The notes beneath the pieces are model-generated. The model had not been told where the DNA came from. It did no database searches and worked only from the letters and a program-made list of their open reading frames with translations. The position numbers and the translations under genes are program-made. Shown piece after piece: positions 1-15,270 of a stretch of 64,000 nucleotides of DNA. This DNA comes from the human T2T-CHM13v2.0 reference genome, Homo sapiens. Location: the NCBI RefSeq assembly GCF_009914755.1, contig NC_060936.1. The stretch is one strand, 5' to 3'. Each line of letters starts with the position of its first letter. The stretch's first letter is position 1.

Positions 1-784
1 TCTCAAAAAACTAAAGGACTGAGTGCAAATTGAAAAATTATAAAAGAATTCATTATCTCTATTTTATTTTTCCCTAATTCTATACTAGTCACAATTTTTG
101 TATATTACAACCTCATTCTGCTACACCTACAGCCCACTATCTATATAACTATTAATTAACCTTTTTCATTTCAAGCTATTCCCAGAAATAAGCAGAAATA
201 GACCTTCAGCAAACTTTTATAACATTATACCTATTATTACTCACATAAGCAAGAAATGTAGACAGCATCAACTTACTGCCATATTGGTGCTCATCTATTC
301 CTCTTGCACTGACCTACATGTCCGGATTTGAGCCCCAAATTTTCCAGGGACATCAATGATCATCATCTATGTCTGCAGGAATGATCCTGTAAGCACCCCA
401 CTTGATAACAGTCATTATTCGATCTCTTCCACTTTTCAGCAAGATATAAACATAGACTAAAATTTTCTTCAAATGTCATTTGCTTAAAAGCTGTACAACT
501 TCTTTGTATAAAAACTGTAACTCTGTGTAAATAGAATTTCATATATCTGTCACTGTGTGTATACCTGGGTGAGCCTATGTGTATTTTTCACCCTTTCAGA
601 ATGTCAGCTTAACAAGTTTGAAGAGGTTAATGGGAAGGACAAAATACATATGAAAATTTATACTTGAATTTTATTCTGTTATCCAAATCATTCACCATAA
701 TGATTTTTCTAATCATTTTTTCTAAATATTTTATAATCTCTTGATTATATAAAATATTTGTCCATATGATTATTTCATTGATGT

Positions 785-835
785 ATCTCTCCTTCACTAG
801 ACACTAAGCTCCATGAGGTCAAGTACTGTACTTGC
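785..835 (+). mobile_element. L2 3'-end remnant
   Basis: cactagacactaagctccatgaggtcaag resembles the L2 3' motif ctagactgtaagctccatgagggcagg. Confidence 0.45.
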
Positions 836-853
836 CAATCATACTTCCAATAG

Positions 854-1422
<569 letters not shown>

Positions 1423-2230
1423 AGAACATTTTAGACCTAGGATCTAGCATCACATAATGAACCCACTGACTTGTGATTGCCAGGGAGGAAGGCACAGGTC
1501 ACATTCTTTGAGGAGCACCCACACAATCTTTTCTTAAAACTTTTACTCTATTCTCAATAGGATCAGTCTGAGAAATGAAATTTAGAAAGCCCTTAATTTA
1601 TTATCTCAAAACTTAACTTCCCAGACAAGATTCATCTTTCCAAATCTATCCAGGACTCTCCTCCACCTTGCCCAGACACACCAGTCTTAGTGGTAATGGC
1701 TTTCCTTTGGTCTTGTTAATACTCCTTAACTCTGTGGTATTAGTGATTCGCTATGCTAGGACACTGTTAGGTAAGATCTTATAAATGCAAACAATATGTG
1801 TGAGCACATAATTCAAGATTGTTAGAAAGGTAAGAAACTATATATTTAAAGTTCATAACACATATTAGTAGTTCAAATGGTGAAGCCATATGTAGAATAA
1901 AACAGGGAAAAGGGAAAGGTAGAAAGAAAAATATTTTTTCACTCTTTCCTTGAATATTCCAGTCTTATTATCAGGTGTCCTTTTCTATTAATGGCAGTCA
2001 AGTGTATCATCTGGGTGCCACACATAGGTCCTGCCTGCCCTCATTATGTAAGCTTGGCTCTTGCTCAATCCCAGATGTACCACTTCCATTTTATGATGGA
2101 TTAGGCCTCCTCAATCTTACGACATGGTTGGTCTGCCAGAACAAAACTCTTGATGGCTGCTTCCAGAAGTGTAGTTACTTGCCATCCACTGGTTGGGCAT
2201 TTTGTGCCTACCAAGGCCCATTAGCACAGC

Positions 2231-2460
2231 AGTTTAAATTTACTCCATGAACCTCTTAACTGGCTGAAGATAGCCTCAACCGTTCTTATCCTACCCTAAA
2301 CCTGGCCATCCCATGGTCTCACAAAGGCCATAGAGAAGATCCTCCAGGCATTAGCCTATGAAAACAACCATTGACCTCACTCACACAGCCTTCATGTTCA
2401 CGAGCTCCACTGTTTCCATCAATGCTTGTAAATGGAAATCTTTAGGAAAGACAGAACCTG
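2231..2460 (+). repeat. Local duplication copy 2 (no Alu)
   Basis: agtttaaatttactccatg...acagaacctg matches copy 1 with few substitutions. Confidence 0.93.
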
Positions 2461-2754
2461 TGATTTGTTTTCATAAGATGCATAATTTTCCAGTGAAGAC
2501 TTCATGGCCATGTCTCAGAGCCCACAGACCTGCATTGTGATTCTCACCCTGGGCTTTAACATAAGATCCACGTGGCATATTTTCCACTACTTAAGGCTTG
2601 ACCTTTAATTTTCCCTGCTCTCTTTACAAAAGAGCGATTCTCTGTGCAAGCTACCACATAGATAGGCCTTCTAGCTTTTCAATAGTCAATTAATCATGCT
2701 CAGTTTTTTGTCATGTTTTTCTACAGTGTTGATAGGACTTAGCAATTGCCTCCC

Positions 2755-3395
2755 ATATTAGTTCTATATTGCTGTATGACAAATTACTACAAAATGTGTG
2801 GCTTAAAACAATATACATTTATCATCTCACAGTTTCCATGGGTCAGAAGTCTGGACAGAGCAGGTGGGGGAGAAAAAAATTTTTAAAAAAAAAAGTTTGG
2901 ACACAGCTTAACTAGGTCCTCTGCTCAGGGGTTCATGAGGCCATAATCAAGGTGCCAGCCAGGCTTCATTCTCTTTTGGAGACTTGCATCCTCTTCTAAG
3001 TAGTACACATGAATGTTGGCAGAATGCAGTTTCTTTCTACCATAGACTGAGGCCTTTAGCTTCTAGAGGTTGTGGTTTCCTGCCATGTAATGCTCTTCAT
3101 GAGCAACTTAAGTAACAAAGGCAGTCTTCTTAAAGGCCAAAAGGAAAGCATTTTACTCCAATATTTTAAGATGTAGTTTTACATAATGTAATAGAATCAC
3201 AGGAGTGATATTCCATTACCTTTGCCATATAACATAACCAAGTGAAGGGAGTGGCATTCTCATTTCCTTTGCCATATTCTAATGGTTAGAAGAAAGTGAT
3301 CAGTTCTACCTGCACTAAAAGAGGTGGAATTACCCAAAGCCATGGACACCAAAAGGTGGGAATTATTGAATGTCATCCCAGAGTCTGTCTTCTGT
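2755..3395 (-). mobile_element. MaLR LTR (MLT1 family)
   Basis: tattagtt...acaaattactacaaaatgtgtggcttaaaacaa...tttatcatctcacagtttc is the typical MLT1 LTR 3' end in reverse. Confidence 0.75.
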
Positions 3396-3589
3396 GTCAT
3401 CCTATCCCATTGTCCTAATAGTTATTATTTTCCCCATATTTCTCAAACACTTAATATATCTCACCAGCTAGTTATGTCGCTCCACAGTGTATACCACACC
3501 AATTCACCAGTATTGAGAGTTTTAACAATTAGGCTATGTGGCAGATTATGTTTTCCAAAAATGGCCACATCAATATATACAACATTCAA

Positions 3590-4445
3590 CAGAAGCCAGA
3601 GATTTATGTTCACTGAAATAAACACATATTTTGGATATCCAAATTCTGTCTTTATCTCCCCTGTCTATAATGCTTTTACCAGCACCACCATTCATGGAGT
3701 CACAAATCTTACACACCACCATGGCTTTCTATAATGCACCTAATTCACAGCAAAGGAAGAATAGCAATGAACTCACGCCCATAAAATTAACTAGTTAGTC
3801 TTACCACATACCTCATCGTTCAGAAGTGGCTAACCTAATTGGAAGGTGGAATAACTTACTGAGGATAAAGTCATGAAACTAGTTGGGAGGCAACACCCAA
3901 AAGGATGGGATTTTGTCTTACAGGATGTAGTGTATCCTTTGAATTAAACACCATTATTTGGTGCTGTCTTCCTCATAGCCAGAATGCATGGGTCTGGAAT
4001 TTTAAGAACAGAAGTGGGAATTACTACTTTTACTATTAAGCCCAATTACCTGCCAGTAGAATATTTGCTTCCTATGAAAGAAACATTAAGTTCTGCTGGT
4101 TTGGAGGTCTTAGTTCCCAAGTGAAGGATGCTTCCACCAGAAAACATGACAATGGTCCATTGAATTGAAAGATGAGGCTTCCATCTAATTATTTAAGGGT
4201 CTTTATTCCTCTAAACCAAAAAGCTTAAAGAGGAGTTATCCTCCTAGCTAGAGTGATTACTCATGACTACAGAGGAGGAATTAAATTGCTGTATACAATG
4301 AGAGCAAAGAAGACTATATCTAGATCTCAAGGGATTCTCTGGTGTTCTTCTTAGTACTTCCATGTCCAATAGTAAAAATTAATTTAAAACTGCAGAAACC
4401 AAAAGGTAGGATGATTGAAAACCAAAATCTCTCAGGAACAAAGGA
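3590..4445 (+). mobile_element. ERV-L internal remnant: integrase core/C-terminus plus dUTPase-like region
   Basis: Degenerate translations QRFMFTEINTYFGY..TTIHGV..HHHG, FTAKE..SYHIPH.SEVANLIGRWNNLL, ARMHGSG and SAGLEVLVP..MLPP match the HERV-L pol layout; many stops and frameshifts. Confidence 0.85.
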
Positions 4446-4786
4446 ATACCACCTCACTCCCTCAAGAAAGGCCATAATCAAAAAATCAGAAAATAACTGA
4501 TGTTGACTTGTATGTGGTGAAAAGGGAACATTTCTACACTGTTGATGGAAATGTAAACTAGTACAACCACTATAGAAAACAATGTGGAGATTCCTTAAAG
4601 AACTAAAAATAGAACTACCATTTGATCCAGCAATCCCACTACTGGGTATCTAACCAGAGGAAAAGAAGTCATTATGCAAAAAAGATACTTGCACATGTGT
4701 GTTTATAGCAGCACAATTTGCAATTGCAAAAATGTGGAACTAACCCAAATGCCCATCAATCAATGAGTGGATAAAGAAACTGTGAG

Positions 4787-4788
<2 letters not shown>

Positions 4789-4828
<40 letters not shown>
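4789..4828 (+). repeat. (AC)20 microsatellite
   Basis: Perfect dinucleotide run. Confidence 0.97.
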
Positions 4829-4831
<3 letters not shown>

Positions 4832-4904
4832 GGAATACAACTCAGCCAAAAAAAGGAACGAATTAATGGCATTTGTGGCAACTTGAATGGGATTGTAAAC
4901 TATT

Positions 4905-5228
<324 letters not shown>

Positions 5229-5515
5229 TGAAGCAACTCACAGTGAAAAACCTAACATCATACGTTCTCACTTATAAGTGGGAGCTAAGCTATGAGGATA
5301 CAAAGGCATAAGAATGACACTATTGACTATGGGGACTCAGGAGGAAAAGGTGGGAAGGGGGTGAGGGATAAAAGACTACAAATTGACTCAGTGTATAGTG
5401 CTTGGGTGGTGGGAATACCAAAATCTCACAAATCACCACTGAAGAACTTATTCATGTAACCAAATAGCACCTGTTCCCCAAAAACCTATGGGGATAAAAT
5501 CATTTTTAAAAATAA

Positions 5516-5610
5516 AGCAGCACATCTAAAAATTAATTCACCATGATCAAATAGGCTTCATTCCTAGGATACAAGGTTGGTTCACCATATGCAAATCAAT
5601 AAATGTGATT
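5516..5610 (+). mobile_element. Short L1 ORF2 (RT) fragment
   Basis: caccatgatcaaataggcttcattcctaggatacaaggttggttc = HHDQ.GFIP..QGWF. Confidence 0.8.
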
Positions 5611-8600
5611 CAGAATGCAGAAAAATGGTGGATAGGAGACCAGACTAACAGGCAGCTCCCACTTGGATGGACAGAACAGCATCTGGAGACTCACATTTAA
5701 ACTTTTGCACCAAGAAACACCACAGAAGCATACCAGGAAAAACAAAATAATTCACAGATCCTTTGAAAAAAGCAGCTTGCTGCTACAAATGTCGCAAGAC
5801 CACCAACAAACTGTGAGTTCTCAAAGTGCGAAAGGGGGAAAAGTCAGCCTCTGAACATACATCCCCCCAGGGAACCTGAAAATCTGGATCACAGGAGAAG
5901 GATTTAACTTTATCTAGAGTAGAAACAGATTTAGGGAGCTGAGTGAAATGAAAAAGTAGAAGAAGCAGAAGAAAGAGCCCTGTAGAAATTCCTGGTCCCC
6001 AGTTCAAGCCCAGGGAAGCCATTCTTAGTCTTATCTCACAGAAGCCCTTAGGAAAGGGAAGGCAGACAGCAGAATTGGGGAGGGTCCACAGAGTGAAGGA
6101 AGCTCCTAGCTGAATTTTGTAATAATTTCAACTGAGCATGAATTTTCCTGAGCAAAATCCAGGGTTGGGGGGGTGAATGGGAAGTATAGATACAAGCACA
6201 GAAGCCACCACCAAAAAAAATGTATGCTGGTGAGGAGGGGTGAGGCCTGAAAACCCTACTTGGCTTTCTCAGTGGGGAGGCTTGTAGCCTGAGGAGAGAT
6301 CTCAGCTCTGCTCATTGGCTGCCTGGATATAAACTCAGTGCAGTTGTGGGGATTGGCATGGTGGGAGTGAGACTGGCCTTATTGGCTGCATGGGAGGTAG
6401 CTGAGGCCTGTTACTGCCAGCTTTCCCCTACTTCCCTGGCAACCTGTATTATGCAGCAGAGGCAGCCATAATCCCCCTGGGAACATAACTCCATTGGCCT
6501 GAGAACCATCTTCTCATCCTCCACAGGGGCCACAGCAAGCCCCACCCAAGGAGTCTGAGCTCAGACCCACCTAAACCTACCTCCACCTGAAGGGCTTTCT
6601 CTACCCACCCTGGTAGCTGAAGACAAAAGGCATAAACCCTTGGGAGCTCTATGGCCCTGCCTATCACCTGAGAAACTGAAGTACTCATCCTGACCAATGT
6701 AGGGTAACATTATATCCCCCTTCTACTACTGCAGCTGGTGCTCTCTTGAAAGCACCACCTTCTGGGTGGAGGCCAACCAACTCAAGCCACTACAACAATT
6801 CATAACTGAACAATCCTGCTTCAAAAAAGGAGAAAACAACAGCTAATTCCATCACCGGCAACACCCTGGCTAACCAGAGCTCTTGAGTCTGTCCACGTGA
6901 CAACTTCACTGTTGGCATAACCACCATTCAAGAAAACCACTGCACTAAACAAAACTACAACTAAGGATTCCCACAGAGTCCACTTTACTCCTTGCCACTT
7001 CCACCAGTGCAGGTGCTTGTATCCATGGCTTGGAGACCTGAAGACAGATCACATCACGGGACACTTTGCAGACATTCTGCAGCACCAGCCTGGAGCCAGG
7101 TAGCCCTGCGGGGTGGCTAGAACCAGAAAGGCAATAACAATCACTGCAGTCTGGCCCTCAGAAAGCTCCATCCCTATGGAAAAAAACAAGAGCACCACAT
7201 TAAGGGATAACCCTGTGGGATAAAACAGTCTGAGAGTAACCCTTGAGTGCCAAATCTTTCCACTGGAACAGTATACCCAAATGAGAAGAACCAGAAAAGT
7301 CATTCTGGTAATATGACAAAACAGGGTTCTATAACACCCCCAAAAGATCACAGTGGCTCTCCAGCAATGGATCCAAACCAAAAAGCAATCTCTGAATTTC
7401 CAGATAAAGTACTCAGAAGGTTGATTATTAAGCTACTCAAGGAGGCACCAGAGAAAGGTGCAAACCAACTTTTAAAAAAAATTTAATAAAGGATATGAAT
7501 TAAAAAGTCTCCAGAGAAATAGATATCATACAGAAAAGACAATCACAACTTTTGGAAACAAAAGACACACTTGGATATAAACTAAAATGCTTCTGCACAG
7601 CAAAAGAAACTATCATCAGAGTGAACAGGAAACCTATAGAATGGGAGAAAATTTTTGCAATCTATCCATCCGACAAAGGGCTAATATCCAGAGTCTACAA
7701 ATAACTTAAACAAATTTACAAGAAAAAAACAACCCCACCAAAAAAGTGGGCAAAGGATATGAACAGACACTTCTGAAAAGAAGACATTTATGCAGCCAAC
7801 AAACGTGAAAAAAAGCTCATCACTGGTCATCGAGAAATGCAAGTCAAAACCACAATGAGATACCATCTCACGCCAGTTAGAATGGTGATCATTAAAATGT
7901 CAGGAAACAACAGATGCTGGAGAGGATGTGGAGAAATAGGAATGCTTTTACACCATTGGTGCAAGTGTGAGTTAGTTCAACTATTGTGGAAGACAGCATG
8001 GTGATTCCACAAGGATCTAGAAACAGAAATACCATTTGATCCTGCAATCCCATTACTGGGTACATACTCAAAGGCTTATAAATTATTCTACTATAAAGAT
8101 ACATGCACACATATATTTATTGCAGCACTATTTACAGTAGCAAAGACTTAGAACCAACCCAAATACCCATCAATGATAGACTGCATAAGGAAAATGTGGC
8201 ACATATACACCATGGAATACTATGCAGTCATAAAAAAGGATGAGTTCATGTCCTTTGCAGGGACATGGATGAAGCTGGAATCATCATTCTCAGCAAACTA
8301 ATAAAAGACCAGAAAACAAAACACTGCCTGTTCTCACTCATAAGTGGGAGTTGAACAATGAGAACACATGGACACAGGAAGGGAAACATCACACACTGGG
8401 GCCTGTCAGGGTGTGGAAAGCTAGGGGAGGGATAGCATTAGGAGAAATAGCTAATATAGATGATGAGTGGATGGGTGCAGCAAACCACCGTGGCACATGT
8501 ATACCTATGTAACAAAATTGCACATTCTGCACGTGTACCCCAGAACTTAAAGTATAATTTTAAAAAAAGCACATTTAAAGAATTGCAAAATACACTGTAA

Positions 8601-10375
8601 AGTTTCAATAATAGACTTGAACAAGTAAAAGAAAGAACTTCAGAACTCAAAGACACAGCTTTTGAATTAACCCAATCCAACAAAGACAAAGAAAAAAGAA
8701 TTTTAGAAAATAAAGAACACCTCCAAGAAATTTGAGATTATGTTAAATGACCTAACAAGAATAATTGGTGTTACTGAGGAAGAAGACAAATCTAAAAGTT
8801 TGGAAACTTATTTGAGGGAATAATTGAGGAAAACTTCCCTGGCTTTGATAGAGATCTAGATATTCAAACATAGGAAGCTCAAAGAACACCTGGGAAATTC
8901 ATCACAGAAAGATTATTACCTAGGCACATAGTCATCAAGTTATCTAAGGTCAAGATGAAGGACAGAATCTTCAAATTAACAGCAGAACCCTGAAAGCCAG
9001 AAGGGATTGGGTTCCTATCTTTAGCCTCCTTAAACAAAATAATTATCAGCCAAGAATTTTGTATCCAGAGAAACTAAGCTTCATACATGAAGGACAAATA
9101 AAGTCATTTTTCAGACAAACAAATGCTGAGAGAATTTGCCACTACCAAGCCAACACTACAAGAAATGCTAAAAGGAGTTCTAAACCTTGAAACAAAACAT
9201 CAAAATACACCAAAATTGAGCCTCCTTAAAGCATAAATTTCACAGGACCTATAAAACAATAACACAATGAGAAAAACACAAGGTATTCAGGCAACAATTA
9301 GTATGATGAATAGAAAAGTAACTCACATCTCAATACAAACGTTGAATGTAAGTGGCCTAAATGCTCCACTTACAAGATGTAGAATGGTAGAATGGATAAA
9401 AATCCACTAACCAAGCATCTTCTGTCTTGAAGAGACTCATCTAATACATAAGGGCTCACATAAACTGAAGGTAAAGGGGTAGAAAAAGATATTCCACGCA
9501 AATGGACACCAAAACTGAGCAGGAGTAGCTATTCTGATATCAGACAAAACAGACTTTAAAGCAATAACAGTTTAAAAAGACAAAAAGGGACATTATATAA
9601 TAATAAAAGGATTCATCCAACAGGAAAATATCACAATCCTAAATTCATATGCACCTAACACTGGAGCTCTCAAATTTATAGAACAATTATTAATAGACCT
9701 AAAAAATGAGATAGATGGCAACACAATAATAGTGGGGGACTTCAATACTCCAGTGACAATACTAGACAGGTCATCAAGAGAGAAATTCAACAAAGAAACA
9801 ATGGACTTGAACCATACTCTGGAACAAATGAACTTAACAGATATTTACAGAACATTCTACCCAACAACTGCAGAATATAGATTTTTTTATAAGCACATGG
9901 AACATTCTCCAAGATAGGCCATATGATAGGCCACAAAACAAGTCTCAATAAATTTAAGATAATCAAAATTATATCAAGTATTCTCTCAGACCACAGTGGA
10001 ATAAAATTGGAAATTAACTCCAAAAAGAACCCTCAAACTACATAAATACATAAAAATAAAATAATCTGCTCTTGAATGATCTTTGAGTCAACAATGGAAT
10101 CAAGATGGAAACTGAAAAATTCTTGCAACTGAATAATAATAGTAACACAATTTAAAACCTCTGGGATACAGCAAAAGTGGTGTTAGTACAACTAGACAAT
10201 CTAAGGTCATGCCTCAAGGAATTAGAGAAACAAGAACAAACCAGACTCAAACCTCTAGCAGAAGGAAAGAAATAACAAAGATTAGAGCAAAAAAGAATGA
10301 AATTGAAACAAAAAATACAAAGATAAATGAAACAAAAAGCTGGTTCTTTGAAAAGATAAACAAAATCAATAGACC
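5611..10375 (+). mobile_element. L1PB-type element: 5'UTR, ORF1, ORF2 endonuclease; 3'-truncated
   Basis: L1PBa-like 5' end (atggtggataggagaccagactaac...), degraded ORF1 and EN domain (GDFNTP, SDHSGIKLEI); ends abruptly mid-ORF2. Confidence 0.85.
7573..8565 (+). mobile_element. 5'-truncated L1PA (PA7/8-like) nested in L1PB ORF1
   Basis: ORF2 C-terminus plus 3'UTR ending cagaacttaaagtataa and A-tail; host ORF1 resumes after a degenerate TSD (aaagacacactt / aaaagcacattt). Confidence 0.9.
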
Positions 10376-10519
10376 AGGTTCCATCTCCTCCACTCCAGTA
10401 GTTCCTAGGCGACTCTACCATAGACTCTCTTATCCTATGACCTGCCAGTACTGAGAGATCCATAGGAAGGGTGCAAAAATATCCAGAGGCTGCAAAATGG
10501 AATCATGTTTGATAGTGCT

Positions 10520-10572
10520 ATAAACAATATGTGAGGCACTGTTCTAAGAAATATTCAGATAGTAACTCATGA
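10520..10572 (-). mobile_element. MIR fragment
   Basis: tatgtgaggcactgttctaag...taactcat resembles the MIR tail in reverse. Confidence 0.45.
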
Positions 10573-10596
10573 TATCAAAATGTAGTGTGAGTAGAA

Positions 10597-13500
10597 CATT
10601 GTGAATTTAAGCTCAGTTTGACTACAAGAAAATACCAGCAATCCTGAGAGGACCCAAAGACCCTCTGAAGGAAGCAGACTGCTCATGAAGGACCCAGGAG
10701 GTGCCCCAAATACCGTGAATGCCCCAACTGTGGAAGTGTAAAAAGGGGGAATCCTCTCCCAAACACACACCCCCCACTGGAGAAACTGAAGATCCGTTTG
10801 TGGGAGAAGTTTCTGACCTTACCTGGAGCTGAGCCAATTTAGAGAGCCAAGTGAAATACAGGAGTAGAGGAAGCAGCAGAAAGGCCCACGGAGCTCACTG
10901 CATCCCCTAGCAGGCCATTCCTGCCTGGCACCACAGGGATCCATTGGGTGGGTGACCAGAGTAGCACGGGACATAACTTCACAAGGAGAAGGAAATCTCT
11001 AGCTGAACTCTGTAACAATTTGAATGGGGCAAGAAGCCTTCTGGCCAGAACTCAGGGAAGGGTGCAAATCTGGTGTGCAGACCCCACAGGTGGAGGAAGA
11101 ACCAACCCCTTTTCTCTCGCATCTGGAAGGTGGGTAGCCCAGGGCAAGCTGTCAACCCAGTCACACGCCTCCACCTGGAAACAGAATTGAGGCTGTTGTG
11201 GGGGCATGATGGGAGTGAGTCTGGCCCTTCATTTTGCATGAGAGCTGGATAAGGCCTGTGACTGCTGGCTTTCCCCCACTTTCCTGACAGCCAGCATGAC
11301 TCAGGAGAGGCAGCCACAATTCTTCTAGGTACAAAACTCCAAGGACCTGGGAATCCCACCTCTATCCTCCACAGCAGCCACAGCAATACCCGACCAAGGA
11401 GAGTCTGAGCTCAGGCACGCCTAGCCCTGCCCCCACCTGATGGTCCTTCTCTATCCACCCTGGTCGTGGAAGACAAAAGGGCATACAATCTTGGGAGTTC
11501 TAGGGTCCCGCCCACCACCAGTTTCTCTCTATGCTACTATTACAGCTGATGCTTTCTGGAAAGCTCCACCTCCTGACAGGAGGCCAACTGGCACAAAAAC
11601 AGAACATTAAACCAGCAAAACTAAGAACCCTCACAGAGTCCATTTCAATTCCTTGCCACCTCCACCAGAACAGGTGCTAGCATCCATAGCTGAGAGACCC
11701 ATAAACAGTTCATATCACAGGACTCTGTGCAGACAACCCCCAGTACCAGCCCAGAGCCAGGTAGACTTGCTGGGTGGCTAGAACCAAAGAGAGATAACAA
11801 TCACTGCAGCTTGGCTCACAGGAAGCCACATCCATAAGAAAAGGGGAAGAAAACTACATCAAGGGAACACCCTGTGGGACAAAAGAATCTGAACAGCCTC
11901 CAACCCTAGACCTTCCCTCTGATAGAGCCTACCCAAATGAGAACCAGAAAACCAACCATGGCAATACAACAAAACAAGGCTCTTCAACACCCCCAGAAAA
12001 TCACACTAGTTCACCAGCAATGGATCCAAACCAAAAAAGAAATCCCTGATTTACCTGAAAAAGAATTCAGGAGGTTAGTTATTAAGCTAATCAAGGAGGA
12101 ACCAGAGAAAGGTGAAGTCCAATGCACAAGGAAATCCAAAAAAATAATACAAGAAGTGAAGTGAGAAATATTCAAGGAAATAGATAGCTTAAAGGAAAAA
12201 CAATCAAAAGTTCATGAAACTTTGGACACACTTTTAGAAATGAGAAATGCTCTGGAAAGTCTCAGCAATAGAATTGAACAAGCAGAAGAAAGAAATTCAG
12301 AGCTCAAAGACAAGATCTTTGAATTAACCCAATCCAATGAAGACAAAGAAAAAATAATAAGAAAATATGAGGAAAGTCTCCAAGAAGTCTGGGATAATGT
12401 TAAATGACAAAACTTAAGGATAATCAGTGTTCCTGAGGGAGAAGAGAATTCTAAAAGCTTCAAAAAAGTATTTGGGGGAATAATAGAGGAAAATTCCCTG
12501 GCCTTGCTAGAGACCTAGACATCCAAATACAAGATGCACAAAGAACACCTGGAAAATTCATCACAAAAAGATCTTTGCATACACATTGTCATCAGGTTAT
12601 CTAAAGTTAAGATGAAGGAAAGACTCTTAAGAGTTGTGAGACAGAAGCATCTGGTAACCTATAAATGAAAAAGTATCAGATTAATAGCAGATTTCTCAAC
12701 AGGAACCCTACAAGCTAGCAGGGATTGGTGCCCTTCTTTAGCCTCCTCAAACAAAACAATTGTGAGCCAAGAATTTTGTATCCAGCTAAATTAAGCATCA
12801 TATATGAAGGAAATATATGGTCATTTTCAGACAAACAGATGCTGAGAGAATTTGCCATTACCAAGCCACCACTACAAGAACTACTAAAAGGAGCTCTAAA
12901 TCTTGAAACAAACCCTGGAAACACATCAAAACAGAACCTCTTTAAAACTTAAATCACACAGGACCTACAAAACAAAAAATACATGTTAAAAAGCAAAAGC
13001 AAAAAACAAAAGTACACAGTCAACAAAATGCATGATAAATGAAATCATATTTCAACACTAACATTGAATGTAAATGACCTAAATGCTCCACTTAAAAGAT
13101 ACAGAACCACAGAATGGATAAGAACTCATAAACCAACTATCTGCTGCCTTCAGGAGACTCAACATATAAGGACTCACAGAAACTTAAAGTAAAAGGGTGG
13201 AAAAAGGCATTTCATACAAATGTACACCAAAAGTGATCAGGGGTAGCTATTCCTGTATCAGACAAAACAAATTTTAAAGCAACAGCAGTTAAAAGAGACA
13301 AGGAGGGACATTATATAATGGGAAAAGGCCTTGTCCAACAGGAAAATATCACATCCTAAACATATACACACCTAACACTGGAGCTTCCAAATTTATAAAA
13401 CAATTGGAAATCATCATTCTCAGTAAACTATTGCAAGAACAAAAAACCAAACACCGCATATTCTCACTCATAGGTGGGAATTGAACAATAAGAACACATG

Positions 13501-15038
13501 GACACAGGAAAGGGAACATCACACTCTGGGGACTGTTGTGGGGGGGGAGGGGGGAGGGATAGCTTTAGGAGATATACCTAATGCTAAATGATGAGTTAAT
13601 GGGTGCAGCACACCAGCATGGCACATGTATACATATGTAACTAACCTGCACATTGTGCACATGTACCCTAAAACTTAAAGTATAATAATAATAAAATAAA
13701 ATAAAAATAAAAACAAAACGATTACCAATAGACCTAAAAAATAAGATAGACAGCAACACAATAATAGTGGAGGACTTCAGCACTCCACTGACAGCACTAG
13801 ACAGGTCATCAAGACAGAAAGTCAACAAAGAAACAATGGATTTAAACCATACCTTGGAACAAATAGACTATACAGATATATATAGAACATTTCAACCACC
13901 AACTGCAGAATACACATTTATTCAACAGTGCACGGAAATTTTGCCAAGATAGACCATGTGATAGGCTATAAAATGAGACTGAATAAATTTAAGAAAATTG
14001 AAATTATATCAAGCACTCTCTCAGACCACAGTGGAATAAAACTGGAAAACAACTCCAAAAAGAACATTCAAAACCATGCAAATACATGGAAATTAATAAC
14101 TTGCTCCTGAATGAGCACTGAGACAAAAAGGAAATAAAGATGGAAATTTAAAAATTTTTTAAACTGAATGACAGTAATGACAACCTACCAAAACCTCTGG
14201 GATACAGCAAAGGCAGTGTTAAGATAAAATTTATAGCCCTAAACACCTACATCAAAAAGACTGAAACAGCAAACTGACATTCTAAGGTCACACCTCACGG
14301 AACTAGAGAAGCAAGAACAAACCAAACCCAAACCCAGCAGAAGAAAAGAAATAACTAATATCGGAGCAGACCTAAATGAAATTGAAACAAAAAAATACAA
14401 AAGATAAATGAAACAAAAAGCTGATTTTTTGAAATAAAATTGATAGACCAATAGCAAGGTTAACTAAGAAAAGAAGAGAGAAAATCCAAATAACCTCACT
14501 AAGAAACGAAACAGAAGATATTACTACTAACACACTGAAATACAAAAGATCATTCAAGGCTACTTTGAACACCTTTATGCACATAAACTAGAGGACCTAC
14601 AAGAGATGGATAAATTCCTGAAAAGATACAAACCTCCTAGCTTAAATCAGGAAGAATTAGATACCCTGAACAGACCAGTGAAAAACAATTAGATTGAAAT
14701 GGTAATTTAAAAATTACTAACAAAGAAAAGTTCAGGACCAGACAGATTCCCGCAGAATTCTACCAGATATTCAAAGAAGAATTGGTACCATTAGTTTTGA
14801 CACTACTCCACAAGATAGAGAAAGAAGGAACCCTCCCTAATTCACTCTATGAAGCCAGCATCACCCTAATACCAAAACGAGGGAAGGGCATATTCAAAAA
14901 CTAAAACTACAGACCAATATCCTTGATAGATATAGATGCTAAAATTCTTAACAAAATACCAGCTAACTAAATCCAATAACATATCAAAAAGATAATCCAC
15001 CATGATCAAGTGGGTTTCATCCCAGGGATGTAGGGATG
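10597..15038 (+). mobile_element. Second L1PB-type element: 5'UTR, ORF1, ORF2 up to RT start; 3'-truncated
   Basis: L1PB 5'UTR, ORF1 fragments (ELKDKIFELTQS..SLQEVWD) and ORF2 EN/Z region; ends at gtgggtttcatcccagggatg. Confidence 0.87.
13406..13714 (+). mobile_element. Short young L1PA (PA2/3-like) 3' fragment nested in L1PB ORF2
   Basis: 3'UTR plus polyA; TSD aaaacaatt (13397-13405) / aaaacgatt (13715-13723). Confidence 0.92.
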
Positions 15039-15109
15039 AAATAGAAACTAGAAAAATAATTTTTAAAAAACAATAGAAAGAAGAATAGAATGAAACAGTG
15101 AATTGGGTA

Positions 15110-15120
15110 TTTTTTCTTTT

Positions 15121-15151
<31 letters not shown>

Positions 15152-15270
15152 GGTAGAGATAGAGTCTTGCTATTTTGCCTCGGCTGGTTTCAAACTCCTG
15201 GCCTCAAGTTATCCTCTCTCCTTGGCCTCCCAAAGTGCTGGAATTACAAACATGAGCCATGGCACCCAAC
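15110..15270 (-). mobile_element. Alu monomer (FLAM-C / left arm) with long poly(T)
   Basis: Single Alu arm preceded by a ~40-nt T-rich tract. Confidence 0.85.
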
